Positions 1-8,791 of a DNA stretch of 64,000 bases are shown piece after piece; positions within the stretch are counted from its first letter, which is position 1, and each line of letters opens with the position of its first letter. The notes beneath the pieces were generated by a model. It saw only the letters and a program-made list of their open reading frames with translations. It searched no databases and was not told the origin of the DNA. Source of the DNA: Fimbriimonadales bacterium (lineage in GTDB: Bacteria > Armatimonadota > Fimbriimonadia > Fimbriimonadales > ATM1); contig JBPCLO010000013.1 in the NCBI GenBank assembly GCA_051003155.1, positions 32,001 through 96,000 of the forward strand. Reading direction: 5' to 3'. The position numbers and the translations under genes were made by a program.

Positions 1-40
1 AAATCGCACAAGTCTTGAGCGCTCGGCGTAGCAAAGGTTT

Positions 41-307
41 ATGGACTCTCCGGTCTTCGCTGTGTTGGCGCTGATCGCCTTAGTAGGGCTTGGTTGCCTT
101 TGCCTTTCCCTTCTACTTATGTTCTTTATGTGGGTATTGGCTCCGTTGCGGCCTTGGTACGACAAAGGGTTGGCGGCCATGAAGGCGAAGCTTCCGAAGA
201 TTCCACGCTTTGGCGAATTTCGAGCGGTCGAAGGGCGCGACCCGATGGTGGTGCATCTCGACGTTCGTGATAAGGGTTGCTCGGCTCCGATTACGGGACC
301 GCACTAA
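41..307 (+). CDS. Small hypothetical membrane protein
   Basis: 88-aa ORF with a long hydrophobic N-terminal helix; its stop overlaps the convergent HAD gene stop. Confidence 0.45.
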   Translation: MDSPVFAVLALIALVGLGCLCLSLLLMFFMWVLAPLRPWYDKGLAAMKAKLPKIPRFGEFRAVEGRDPMVVHLDVRDKGCSAPITGPH

Positions 308-1101
308 AAACGCTGACGTCGCCAGTTCTTGGCCACGGACCTGTGGCTTTCGCCGGAGGCTGAGTTTGCGTAGGCTGGTCGCTCGTATCCGAGCCAGTCT
401 ATGACTTCCCATAGATTCACGGCCACCGCGTCCGGTTGCGGATCGGAACCAGGGTTATCCTCTCCTGCCTTGTTAACCCAAATGGAGTGCCAGCCGGCGT
501 TCTTCGACCCCTGAACATCATGCTCGAATGCGTTGCCCACGAAAAGCATTTCGTCGTGTTCGAGCCCGCTTAAACGACGGGCTTCGTCGAAAATTTCTTG
601 GTGAGGCTTGCCAAGCTTGTATTCCCCCTCGATCAGGATATGATCGAAGTACTCGGCGATTCCCAAAGTCTCGATTTCTTGGCGCTGAACGTCGGCCGGT
701 CCGTTCGTGATCAGCCCTAGGATGTACTTGGATTTTAAGAATTCCAATACTTCGTGCGTTTCCTGAAATGGCTCCAGCGAAGCGTCGCGCAGTTCTGCGT
801 AGCGCGCGCTGAGTTTAGTGGCCAGTTGGTCGCTTGGGCAGCCCAGCCTGGTCAGCACGCGCCGCATGTGCTCGGTCCTCGTAGGCTCGCCGCTTTCCAA
901 ATAGCGCTCGTACCAACGGTCGGTCTTGATTTCAGGCGAAAAGGTCGAGAATACTGTCCGCCAAGCCTCTATGGCCTTATCGGGATCGCACTCCAATGGA
1001 GCCTCTTCGAATGCCTGTCGCAGCCCACGCCGGGAAGCTGACCAGTAGGCGCAGAGGGTGTCGTCCAGATCGAAGAATATGGCTCGGATTTGCTGTTTCA
1101 T
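304..1101 (-). CDS. HAD-superfamily hydrolase (YjjG/YfnB-like)
   Basis: FDLDDTL motif I, ITNG motif II, GKP, and VGNAFEHD...AG motifs. Confidence 0.9.
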   Translation of the reverse strand: MKQQIRAIFFDLDDTLCAYWSASRRGLRQAFEEAPLECDPDKAIEAWRTVFSTFSPEIKTDRWYERYLESGEPTRTEHMRRVLTRLGCPSDQLATKLSARYAELRDASLEPFQETHEVLEFLKSKYILGLITNGPADVQRQEIETLGIAEYFDHILIEGEYKLGKPHQEIFDEARRLSGLEHDEMLFVGNAFEHDVQGSKNAGWHSIWVNKAGEDNPGSDPQPDAVAVNLWEVIDWLGYERPAYANSASGESHRSVAKNWRRQRF

Positions 1102-1114
1102 AGGTTGTGCAGAA

Positions 1115-2098
1115 CTACGGTAATCCCATCGCTATTCGGATTTCCTTAATCGTTTCCGACGCGACTGCTCGCGCCTCTTCTGCGCCCGCCGCTAATATAC
1201 TTACGACGTGGCCGCGATCTTGTTCCAACACACGCCTGCGCGCCCGAATTGGCGCTAGGGCCTCGTTCACAATCTCGATACACTCGCGTTTGTTTTGCAC
1301 ACAGCCGCGCAGACCCTGCCGGCACTCTTCAAGTGCTGACACATAGTTCGGATTGTAGACGGTGTGTAAAGCACAAACGGCACAACCTTCCGGATGTCCC
1401 GGATCATCCTTTCGAATCTTTAACGGGTCGGTAAACGCCTTCATGATTTTCATTGCCGTTTCGTCCGCAGTGTCGGCGATATAGATGGCGTTGTCGTAGC
1501 TCTTGCTCATCTTCCGCCCGTCCAGGCCCATCATCGAAGGCGTTTCGCTAAGGACGTTCAGAATTTCGGGGAACACGTTTCCGAAGAGATAATTAAATCG
1601 TCGGCCGATCTCGCGAGTCAGTTCTAGGTGGGGAACCTGGTCTTTGCCGACCGGAACCCCGTAAGGCTTGTACAGGAGTATATCGGCAGCCTGCAGCACC
1701 GGATAGCCGAGCAAACCATGGCTCGCATCGGCGTCCCCGGTCAAGAGCTCCCGCTTCTCCTTATAAGTCGGCACCCGTTCCAGCCACCCGAGAGGTGTGC
1801 ACATGCTCAAAAGAAGATAAAGCTCGGCGTGTTCCTTAACCTGAGACTGGAGGAAGATTGCGCTTCTCTCGGGGTCGATGCCGGCGGCAAGGTAGTCCGT
1901 TGCGACGCCGATCGAATTCTCGTAAATCTCGCCCGAATGATCGATCATCGTCGTGAGCGCATGCCAATCCACAACGCAGCAAAAGAGATCGTATTCTTCT
2001 TGAAGGTTAACCCAATTGCGCAAAGCTCCCTCTAGGTTGCCTAGATGGAGCTTGGCCTGGGTCGGCTGCATGCCGCTAAGGAGGCGTTTGCGAGACAC
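1115..2098 (-). CDS. trpS: Tryptophanyl-tRNA synthetase
   Basis: SGMQPT..LHLGN (HIGH), YPVLQAADIL, VPVGKDQ, KMSKS; GTG start chosen because it lies 7 nt after CATAAT. Confidence 0.97.
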   Translation of the reverse strand: MSRKRLLSGMQPTQAKLHLGNLEGALRNWVNLQEEYDLFCCVVDWHALTTMIDHSGEIYENSIGVATDYLAAGIDPERSAIFLQSQVKEHAELYLLLSMCTPLGWLERVPTYKEKRELLTGDADASHGLLGYPVLQAADILLYKPYGVPVGKDQVPHLELTREIGRRFNYLFGNVFPEILNVLSETPSMMGLDGRKMSKSYDNAIYIADTADETAMKIMKAFTDPLKIRKDDPGHPEGCAVCALHTVYNPNYVSALEECRQGLRGCVQNKRECIEIVNEALAPIRARRRVLEQDRGHVVSILAAGAEEARAVASETIKEIRIAMGLP

Positions 2099-2134
2099 GC
2101 GCTTGATTATGCCGCATTCGGTTTTAAATAGAAA

Positions 2135-2180
2135 CGGGCCCACGGCTTTGGGAACGCTCTGCGGTACGTGCGTGAGCCCG
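2135..2180 (-). terminator. Intrinsic-terminator-like hairpin upstream of the trpS promoter
   Basis: On the minus strand CGGGCTCACG...CGTGGGCCCG (one G-U pair) is followed by TTTCTATTT. Confidence 0.55.
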
Positions 2181-2185
2181 AATGA

Positions 2186-2275
2186 TTAAAGACCTACACC
2201 GCAGCTTTTCGAGTTTGGCTCGTCTAACCGGCGCAACTCAGATCCTATGATAACCGATCTATCGCCTTCGAGCAT
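2186..2275 (-). CDS. Possible 29-aa small ORF or leader (MLEGDRSVIIGSELRRLDEPNSKSCGVGL)
   Basis: ATG..TAA ORF ending 5 nt before the hairpin; no homology evidence. Confidence 0.2.
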   Translation of the reverse strand: MLEGDRSVIIGSELRRLDEPNSKSCGVGL

Positions 2276-2331
2276 GTCCTAATTTGTGTCTACAACCTTC
2301 GTACGCCCCGTTAGGTAGAGTCGTTTGCTGA

Positions 2332-3780
2332 ATGTATCACGATTTCCAACATTTTTTGCGTGAGCTCGATTCGCGGGGCGAGCTTAGAAAGATCAAGGCG
2401 CCGCTAAGCCCGGACCTCGAGATAACGGAGGTCGCGGACCGATGCATGAAGATGCCAGGCGGCGGCCCTGCCCTTCTAATCGAAAACCCTACGGGCTACG
2501 ACATACCGGTGGCCATTAACACGATGGGATCGAGGTTGCGCATGGCCTTGGCGCTCGGTGTCGAGGATGTTGAGGAAGTAGCCGCAGAGCTCACCGACTT
2601 GCTCAAGCCCGACATCCCCGCAAAGCTCACCGAAAAGCTCAAGCTGGTTGCGAAGCTGGCTCGATTCGCGAAGGTTCCTCCGAAGACGGTTAGCTCGGGG
2701 ATCTGTCAAGAAGTAGTCCTTGCGGGCAAAGAGGTCGATCTTACGAAATTGCCCATTCTGAGGTGTTGGCCCGAAGATGCGGGGCCGTTTATCACGCTCC
2801 CCCTCGTATTCACCCACGATCCAAATACGGGGAAGCGCAACGTGGGCATGTACCGAATGCAGGTGTACGACAGGAACACGACGGGCATGCACTGGCAGAT
2901 GCACAAAGTCGGCGCCGAGCATATGAAGCTGGCCGCGGAGAATCGAAAGCACATCGAAGTCGCCGTCGCGCTCGGCGGCGATCCTGCGTACACCTTTTCC
3001 GCAATTTCCCCACTTCCGCCCGGCATCGACGAAATGCTCTTCGCAGGGTTTCTGCGAAAGGAGTCCGCCAAACTGGTCAAGGCCAAGACCGTCGACATCA
3101 AAGTGCCCGCAGACGCCGAGATGATCCTCGAAGGCTTCGTCGATCCCACGGAGAGCCGGCGTGAAGGGCCCTTCGGCGACCACACGGGTTACTACTCTTT
3201 GGCGGACGAATTCCCGGTGTTCCACGTTACTTGCGTCACGATGAGGGAAAAGCCAGTCTATCCGGCGACGATAGTTGGCGTCCCACCCATGGAGGATGGA
3301 TACATGGGCAAGGCCGTCGAGCGTATCTTCCTTCCCCTGATTCGACTCACCGTTCCAGAAATCCTCGACATCGATCTGCCGATCCAAGCCTGCTTTCACA
3401 ACATGGCCTTTGTGAAAATCCGAAAGCGGTATCCCGGCCACGCTTACAAGGTGATGAACGCCATCTGGGGTCTCGGCGGCCTAATGTTCACGAAGTTCAT
3501 TTTCGTGTTTGAGGAGGACGTGGATATCCACGACCTGGGCGACGTCCTCTTCCGAATCGGCGCCAACTGCGACCCTGCCCGTGACTCGCTGATTAGCCGC
3601 GGCCCGATAGATCAACTCGACCATGCCACGACTATCGTAGGCTACGGCGGAAAAATCGGGTTTGACTGCACCCATAAATGGGCGGCGGAAGGTTTCCCTA
3701 GGGAGTGGCCGGGTCTCATTACAATGTCTCCGGATGTGAAGAAGAGGATCGATTCACTATGGAACAGCTTGGGAATTTAA
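2332..3780 (+). CDS. ubiD: UbiD-family prFMN decarboxylase, menaquinone biosynthesis type (MqnL-like)
   Basis: NVGMYR, EGPFGDHTGYY and GVPPMED motifs; mqnC lies nearby. Confidence 0.92.
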   Translation: MYHDFQHFLRELDSRGELRKIKAPLSPDLEITEVADRCMKMPGGGPALLIENPTGYDIPVAINTMGSRLRMALALGVEDVEEVAAELTDLLKPDIPAKLTEKLKLVAKLARFAKVPPKTVSSGICQEVVLAGKEVDLTKLPILRCWPEDAGPFITLPLVFTHDPNTGKRNVGMYRMQVYDRNTTGMHWQMHKVGAEHMKLAAENRKHIEVAVALGGDPAYTFSAISPLPPGIDEMLFAGFLRKESAKLVKAKTVDIKVPADAEMILEGFVDPTESRREGPFGDHTGYYSLADEFPVFHVTCVTMREKPVYPATIVGVPPMEDGYMGKAVERIFLPLIRLTVPEILDIDLPIQACFHNMAFVKIRKRYPGHAYKVMNAIWGLGGLMFTKFIFVFEEDVDIHDLGDVLFRIGANCDPARDSLISRGPIDQLDHATTIVGYGGKIGFDCTHKWAAEGFPREWPGLITMSPDVKKRIDSLWNSLGI

Positions 3781-4490
3781 TCATTCTCGTACGTCGAGAC
3801 CACATCCTCCGTATCCCCGCTCATGACGACGGCCCCTTTCTTCATCCAAATGGCGTGGTTCGCAGCACGGCGGATGGCGCCCATATCGTGTGACACGAAT
3901 AAAATCGCCCCGCCGTGGCGTCGAAAGGCCTCGATACGCTCCAGGCACTTTCTTTGAAAATCCAAATCTCCAACCGCGAGCGCCTCGTCTACAAGGAGGA
4001 TCTTCGCGTCGACATGCGTCGCCACGCTAAATCCGAGGCGCAACAGCATCCCGCTCGAATACGTCCGGACCGGCGCATCGATGTAGGTGCCGATTTCGCT
4101 GAAAGCGACGATTTCATCCATGCGCGCCGCCACCTCTTTGCGCGTAAGACCCAGGATAACACCATTAAAGAAAACATTCTCTAGCCCCGAAAGGTCGGGA
4201 TGAAAACCGGCGCCGAGTTCCAGCAGCGGCGCCACTTTACCGCCGAGGCTGAAATCGCCGGACGTCGGTTTATAGACGCGTGCGAGGACGCTTAGGAGCG
4301 TGCTTTTCCCCGCACCGTTCCGCCCGATTACGCCCAGGCACTCGCCGCCTTTCACTTCGAACGTGATGTCGTTCAACGCGTGCAGGGTTTCTCTCCGAGC
4401 CTTTTTCCACCAAAGTAGCATGCCCTTGAGCGAGCCATAGCCCGTGTGCGTCACGGAAAATACTTTGCTAAGCCCGCGCACGCTGATCAT
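3777..4490 (-). CDS. Polysaccharide ABC exporter ATPase (Wzt/TagH-like, no C-terminal carbohydrate-binding domain)
   Basis: GRNGAGKST, YSSGM signature, DEALAVGD; ATG overlaps the permease stop (ATGA). Confidence 0.92.
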   Translation of the reverse strand: MISVRGLSKVFSVTHTGYGSLKGMLLWWKKARRETLHALNDITFEVKGGECLGVIGRNGAGKSTLLSVLARVYKPTSGDFSLGGKVAPLLELGAGFHPDLSGLENVFFNGVILGLTRKEVAARMDEIVAFSEIGTYIDAPVRTYSSGMLLRLGFSVATHVDAKILLVDEALAVGDLDFQRKCLERIEAFRRHGGAILFVSHDMGAIRRAANHAIWMKKGAVVMSGDTEDVVSTYEND

Positions 4491-5359
4491 GGGCGCTCCA
4501 CGAACTGCCACTTTTTGCGGTTGAAAACCCAATATCCAACGACAAGCATGCAGAAACAAATGAGAGCGGAAATCGCCACCATTGACCAGTCGAGAGGCAG
4601 GTACTGGTACGTTTTCGCTCCCGCAGCACTTGTCATCGTCACCTCTTGCGGATCGAGCATAACCTTTCGATAACCGGTCATTAACATCGCGATCGGGTTC
4701 AGCAAATAGAGGTTGTAAATCAGGCCGCGCCAGCGGTCGTCGATGCCTGATGCGTGATAGACTTGTTCGCTGAAATAGACGATCGGGCTTAGAAAAAAGA
4801 GGAGATATAGCCCGACGCTCACCATATACTTCACGTCTTCGAAGAACGTATTGAGAGCCGAAATAAACAGCGCCAAACCTAATGTGAGCGCAAGCTGCAT
4901 GATCACGAAAATCGGTAGCAAAAAGACGGTGGCGCGAAACGGATTATCCCCGGGATTAAGCAGCCACACCACGAGCAGATAAAGGAAAAACAACACCATG
5001 GCCAGCAAGAAGTGTAGGAAATTTGCCAGGACGCTGCCGATAGGCAGAATTTCGCGCGGAAAATATATCTTTTTTAGGAGCGTTATCTGACCGAGAATGG
5101 ACTGCGATGCATCCATCAGAGACAATTGGAAAAACATGTAAGGAAGATAAGCCGCAAGGATGTAAGCGCTGTAGTTCTTGACGGACTGGCCCATCACGTA
5201 CTTGAACACCAGCGTCATCACTAGCACGGTTACAAGTGGGTTCAAGATTGACCAGAAGAATCCCAGGTACGAGTTCTTGTACCGAATGCGCAGCTCACGA
5301 AGCACTACCGACCACAGCAACTCGCGATAGCGCCAAAGTTCCGCCAACTCCGCCCGCAT
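4487..5359 (-). CDS. Polysaccharide ABC exporter permease (Wzm/TagG-like)
   Basis: RYKNSYLGFFWSILNP, LLKKIYFPRE, multiple TM helices; the real start is at 5359 and the longer ORF extension is antisense to mqnC. Confidence 0.92.
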   Translation of the reverse strand: MRAELAELWRYRELLWSVVLRELRIRYKNSYLGFFWSILNPLVTVLVMTLVFKYVMGQSVKNYSAYILAAYLPYMFFQLSLMDASQSILGQITLLKKIYFPREILPIGSVLANFLHFLLAMVLFFLYLLVVWLLNPGDNPFRATVFLLPIFVIMQLALTLGLALFISALNTFFEDVKYMVSVGLYLLFFLSPIVYFSEQVYHASGIDDRWRGLIYNLYLLNPIAMLMTGYRKVMLDPQEVTMTSAAGAKTYQYLPLDWSMVAISALICFCMLVVGYWVFNRKKWQFVERP

Positions 5360-5404
5360 GGCGGTGAGTGTACTTGAAGCCGGCAAGGTAGAATTCGGGC
5401 AGCC

Positions 5405-6493
5405 ATGGCCATTGCGAACCCACCTGAGATATCCTTCGACGCCATCGCGGACAAGGTGCTCGCGAACGAGAGGATTAATACCGATGAGGCCCTGCGCCTC
5501 TTCCGACATCACGACCTCAACGAACTGGCAACGCTCGCCAACCACCGCCGACAGGAACGCGTTCCGGGCGACACGGTCACCTACATCATCGGCCGGATTC
5601 TCAATTACACGAACGTCTGCTGGGTGCGGTGCAAGTTCTGCGCTTTTTACCGAGTGCCAGGGCACGACGAGGGCTACCTGCTCTCCGACGAAGAAATCCT
5701 GGAAAAGGTCGGCGACACGGTCGAAAAGGGCGGCGTCGAAATCCTGTTTCAGGGGGGCCTCAACCCGAAGCTCAAGATCGACTATTACGAAGGCATTTTC
5801 AAGAAAATTCTCGACAACTACCCGAACGTGATCCTTCATGCCCTCAGCCCCGCGGAGATTATCTACATCGCCCACATCAGCAAGCTGACCCTCCCGCAGT
5901 GCCTCGAACGCCTCAAAGCAGCCGGCTTGCACAGCATCCCGGGAGCCGGCGGCGAGATTCTCGTCGACAGGGTCCGCAAGATCATCGCGCCCTACAAAGA
6001 CACAACCGACGAGTGGCTCCACTGCATGCGCACCGCAGCCGCGCTCGGCATCCGAAGCACCGCCAGCATGATGTTCGGCCACGTGGAAACGACAGCGGAC
6101 CGAATCGAGCACCTCGGCCGCATCCGCGACTTGCAGGACGAGTGCGCACCGTTTCGCGCTTTCGTGACCTGGAGTTTCCAGCCCGAGGAAACCGATCTGG
6201 CGATCGAGCGGAAAGCGTCCGGATACGACTACCTTCGCACGCTGGCAGTCTCGAGGATCTTCCTCGACAACTTTGACAACTTCCAGCTCTCGATCCTCAC
6301 GCAGGGCCCGAAGGTCGCCCAACTCGGCCTGGGCTACGGCGCCAACGACTTCGGCTCCGTGATGATCGAGGAAAACGTCGTTTCGGCAGCGGGGAACAAG
6401 TTTATTCTGGACGCCACAGAGTTCGAGCGCTTGATCACGGAGGCAGGTTACGTCGCCCGAAGACGGAACACCCGGTACGAGCTATTAAACTGA
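5405..6493 (+). CDS. mqnC: Cyclic dehypoxanthinyl futalosine synthase (radical SAM)
   Basis: NYTNVCWVRCKFCAF CxxxCxxC, QGGLNP, SIPGAGGEIL, GANDFGSVMIEENVV. Confidence 0.92.
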   Translation: MAIANPPEISFDAIADKVLANERINTDEALRLFRHHDLNELATLANHRRQERVPGDTVTYIIGRILNYTNVCWVRCKFCAFYRVPGHDEGYLLSDEEILEKVGDTVEKGGVEILFQGGLNPKLKIDYYEGIFKKILDNYPNVILHALSPAEIIYIAHISKLTLPQCLERLKAAGLHSIPGAGGEILVDRVRKIIAPYKDTTDEWLHCMRTAAALGIRSTASMMFGHVETTADRIEHLGRIRDLQDECAPFRAFVTWSFQPEETDLAIERKASGYDYLRTLAVSRIFLDNFDNFQLSILTQGPKVAQLGLGYGANDFGSVMIEENVVSAAGNKFILDATEFERLITEAGYVARRRNTRYELLN

Positions 6494-6500
6494 CCAAATC

Positions 6501-6552
6501 CCTCCCCCGGCTCACGAAAGTCCGGTTCGAAAGGTTCCGCAGCCGTGGGAGG
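6501..6552. repeat. GC-rich inverted repeat (terminator or REP-like)
   Basis: CCTCCCCCGGCT ... AGCCGTGGGAGG, 11 of 12 complementary, just after the mqnC stop. Confidence 0.5.
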
Positions 6553-6599
6553 CTAGGAGGGGGCAAGAAGAGCCTGAACAACGGGTAGATTCACAAGCG

Positions 6600-6986
6600 A
6601 TGATCAAAGCCATACACACGATGATTCATTCCGACGATCCGCCGGCAACGCGCGCATTCCTGCGCGACGTACTCGGTTGGTCCTACGTCGAGCACACTGA
6701 ATCTGAGCCCGGATGGCTCATCTTCAAGGCCGGCCCGAGCGAAATGGGAGTCCATCCCACCTCAGGCGTCTGGAAGGGCAAGCCGTACTCGCACCCGAAG
6801 CACCACTCGATTTCTCTGATGTGCGATGACATGGAAGCGACGGTCGCGGAGCTAAGAAGCAAAGGCGCGGAGTTCATCGGAGGAATCACGGACGAAGGCT
6901 TCGGCCTCACCACCAAACTCGTTCTCCCGGCCGCAGGCGAGATCATGCTATATCAGCCCAAGCACCCGGAAGCTCACAGCCTGTAG
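6600..6986 (+). CDS. VOC/glyoxalase-family protein
   Basis: AFLRDVLG, CDDMEATVAEL..KG, IMLYQP pattern; TAGATT 8 nt upstream. Confidence 0.85.
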   Translation: MIKAIHTMIHSDDPPATRAFLRDVLGWSYVEHTESEPGWLIFKAGPSEMGVHPTSGVWKGKPYSHPKHHSISLMCDDMEATVAELRSKGAEFIGGITDEGFGLTTKLVLPAAGEIMLYQPKHPEAHSL

Positions 6987-7271
6987 CGGGCACTGTAGCG
7001 CACCTCCTCCACAGGAGTATTGAGCGGCAACTCGGGCTTAGACCCCGTCGGCCCTATTCAGGTAACCGCAGTCGATCGGGGACACCCTTACCGACAAGAA
7101 GGACAAGGTCCTAGTAGCGCATACCTCGACGATCCGCAGAACCTATAGAGCAAACCGCTCAAGTGTGGATACAGCCCTTATACGGGCCAATGGCAGGAGT
7201 GGAGCGAGAATCCACTGAGGCAGGCAGCCATCGCATTCTACGGTATGGAAAGTATCACCTGAGACGTGCTC

Positions 7272-7370
7272 GCCGTTGTACCGCGCAACCCACTCCTCGT
7301 TGCCAACGGAATCGTACTTGACCGTCGCGTAGTCGAGGTTGCTTCCGCTCCGCGATTGTCCCGTCACATT
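7272..7370 (-). pseudogene. Isolated SBBP-type beta-propeller repeat fragment
   Basis: Translates as NVTGQSRSGSNLDYATVKYDSVGNEEWVARYNG, a single blade with unrelated flanks. Confidence 0.6.
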
Positions 7371-7761
7371 CCGGCTTGTAATACTCGCCACGAGCGAGGT
7401 GGTCGTCGAAGACTTTGGCCCAAGGCCATCGTCCTTGCCGCTGATTTTGTGTGTGCCGCTTATGTGCCAACTCATCGGTACTCATGACAATACAGTATAC
7501 CTCCGTCTACTAAAATATCTTGGCCCGCCACGTTCTCATCGAGTCTGAACCGCACGTGCTGATCCACCGGGCGAGCATGTTAGGTAACGCTTTTTCAGTT
7601 TTTAATTCTGTCCACACCCCCCGATCCTTGATGAGCGGTAGTGGCGAACGACGGGGCTATCGCTCGCGCATACCCAGGGCCGGCGTGTTGTAGCCTAATT
7701 TTCCATGAACCCTGCTCCGAATCCGCGACACTCATATAGATAGCCACCGGAGGTGAACAGA

Positions 7762-8791
7762 ATGAAACTCGCAATCGCCGCACTCGCGGCATTGGCAATC
7801 TTCGGCTGCGGCCAGAAATCCCAGCCCCAGCCCGCAGCGCAAGACGCCCGCAAAGCTATCGAAGGCGTCGAGGGATACGCCCTGGGCGACCCCGTCACAT
7901 ACGAGAACGCCACGTTCGTCCCCGTCCTAAGCACCAAGGAGCCGAACCAAGAAATGGATGACACCATCACCCTATCCGAGGCCAAGAAAAACAAATGGGT
8001 GGAAATCATCGAAGTGCCCGGCGACGAACAAGTCAGCCGCCTAAAGGTCCGCAACGTCGGTCCGAAACCGCTCCTTCTCCTCGGCGGCGAACTGCTGCTC
8101 GGCGGCAAGCAAGACCGCGTCGTCGCCAAAGACACGATCATCCCACCCGGCGAAACGAAGGACGTCGAAGTGTTTTGCGTGGAGCGTGGCCGCTGGGAAG
8201 GCGCAAGTACCCGCTTCGACTACGGCGGAACGATGATCCCCGACCGCGTTCGCAAAGCCGCGCAGTACGAGGGCCAGGAACGTGTTTGGGCGGGTGTCAG
8301 CGAGATGAACGAGAATGTCTCCCAGGACTTGGCGAGCACACCGCACCCGTCGAGCATCCGCGCCTTCCTCGGCGACGAGGCAGTGCAAGGGAAAGTGAAA
8401 AGTGAAATCGGGCATCAATTTCGTCGGTGCGCGGCTTTCGAATCCGAACGTCGTCGGCATCGTGTTCATTCTGAACGGGGAAATCAAGACGTTCGAGCTC
8501 TTCGGCACGCCGTCGCTCTTTAAGAAAGCGCACGGGCCGATCCTGGAAAGCTTCCTAACCGAAGCCGCCGTGGCCCCGAAATATCCCGCAAAGGCGCTCG
8601 AACCGCACCAATGGGAGCTCTTCGTCAAACAGTGCCTTACCGCCCCGCGCGATGCAAGCGCGGCGGGTTGGGCAACCTTGAAAGGCGACCGCGTGCGCGG
8701 CGGGGAGTTCAAGAGGGAAGCGGGCTCCGCACCGACCCACGGTGGCGCTCCCCCAGCACTTCTTTGCGCGCCGCGAGCGCCTCCTCGTTGA
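7762..8791 (+). pseudogene. ARPP-1/DUF6569-like lipoprotein, frameshifted and 3'-truncated
   Basis: Lipobox IFGC; LLLLGGELLLGGKQDRVV and VFCVERGRW; 7-bp duplication AAAGTGA at 8392-8405; C-terminus runs into antisense TPR DNA. Confidence 0.75.

Noticed and set aside
2135..2210. T-box or Trp attenuator for trpS
   Set aside because: GTACCGC resembles the T-box core, but the UGGN bulge and specifier stem are missing and the small ORF has no Trp codons
5360..6322. 611-aa version of the Wzm ORF
   Set aside because: The N-terminal ~320 aa are the antisense shadow of mqnC; the real start at 5359 has its own -10
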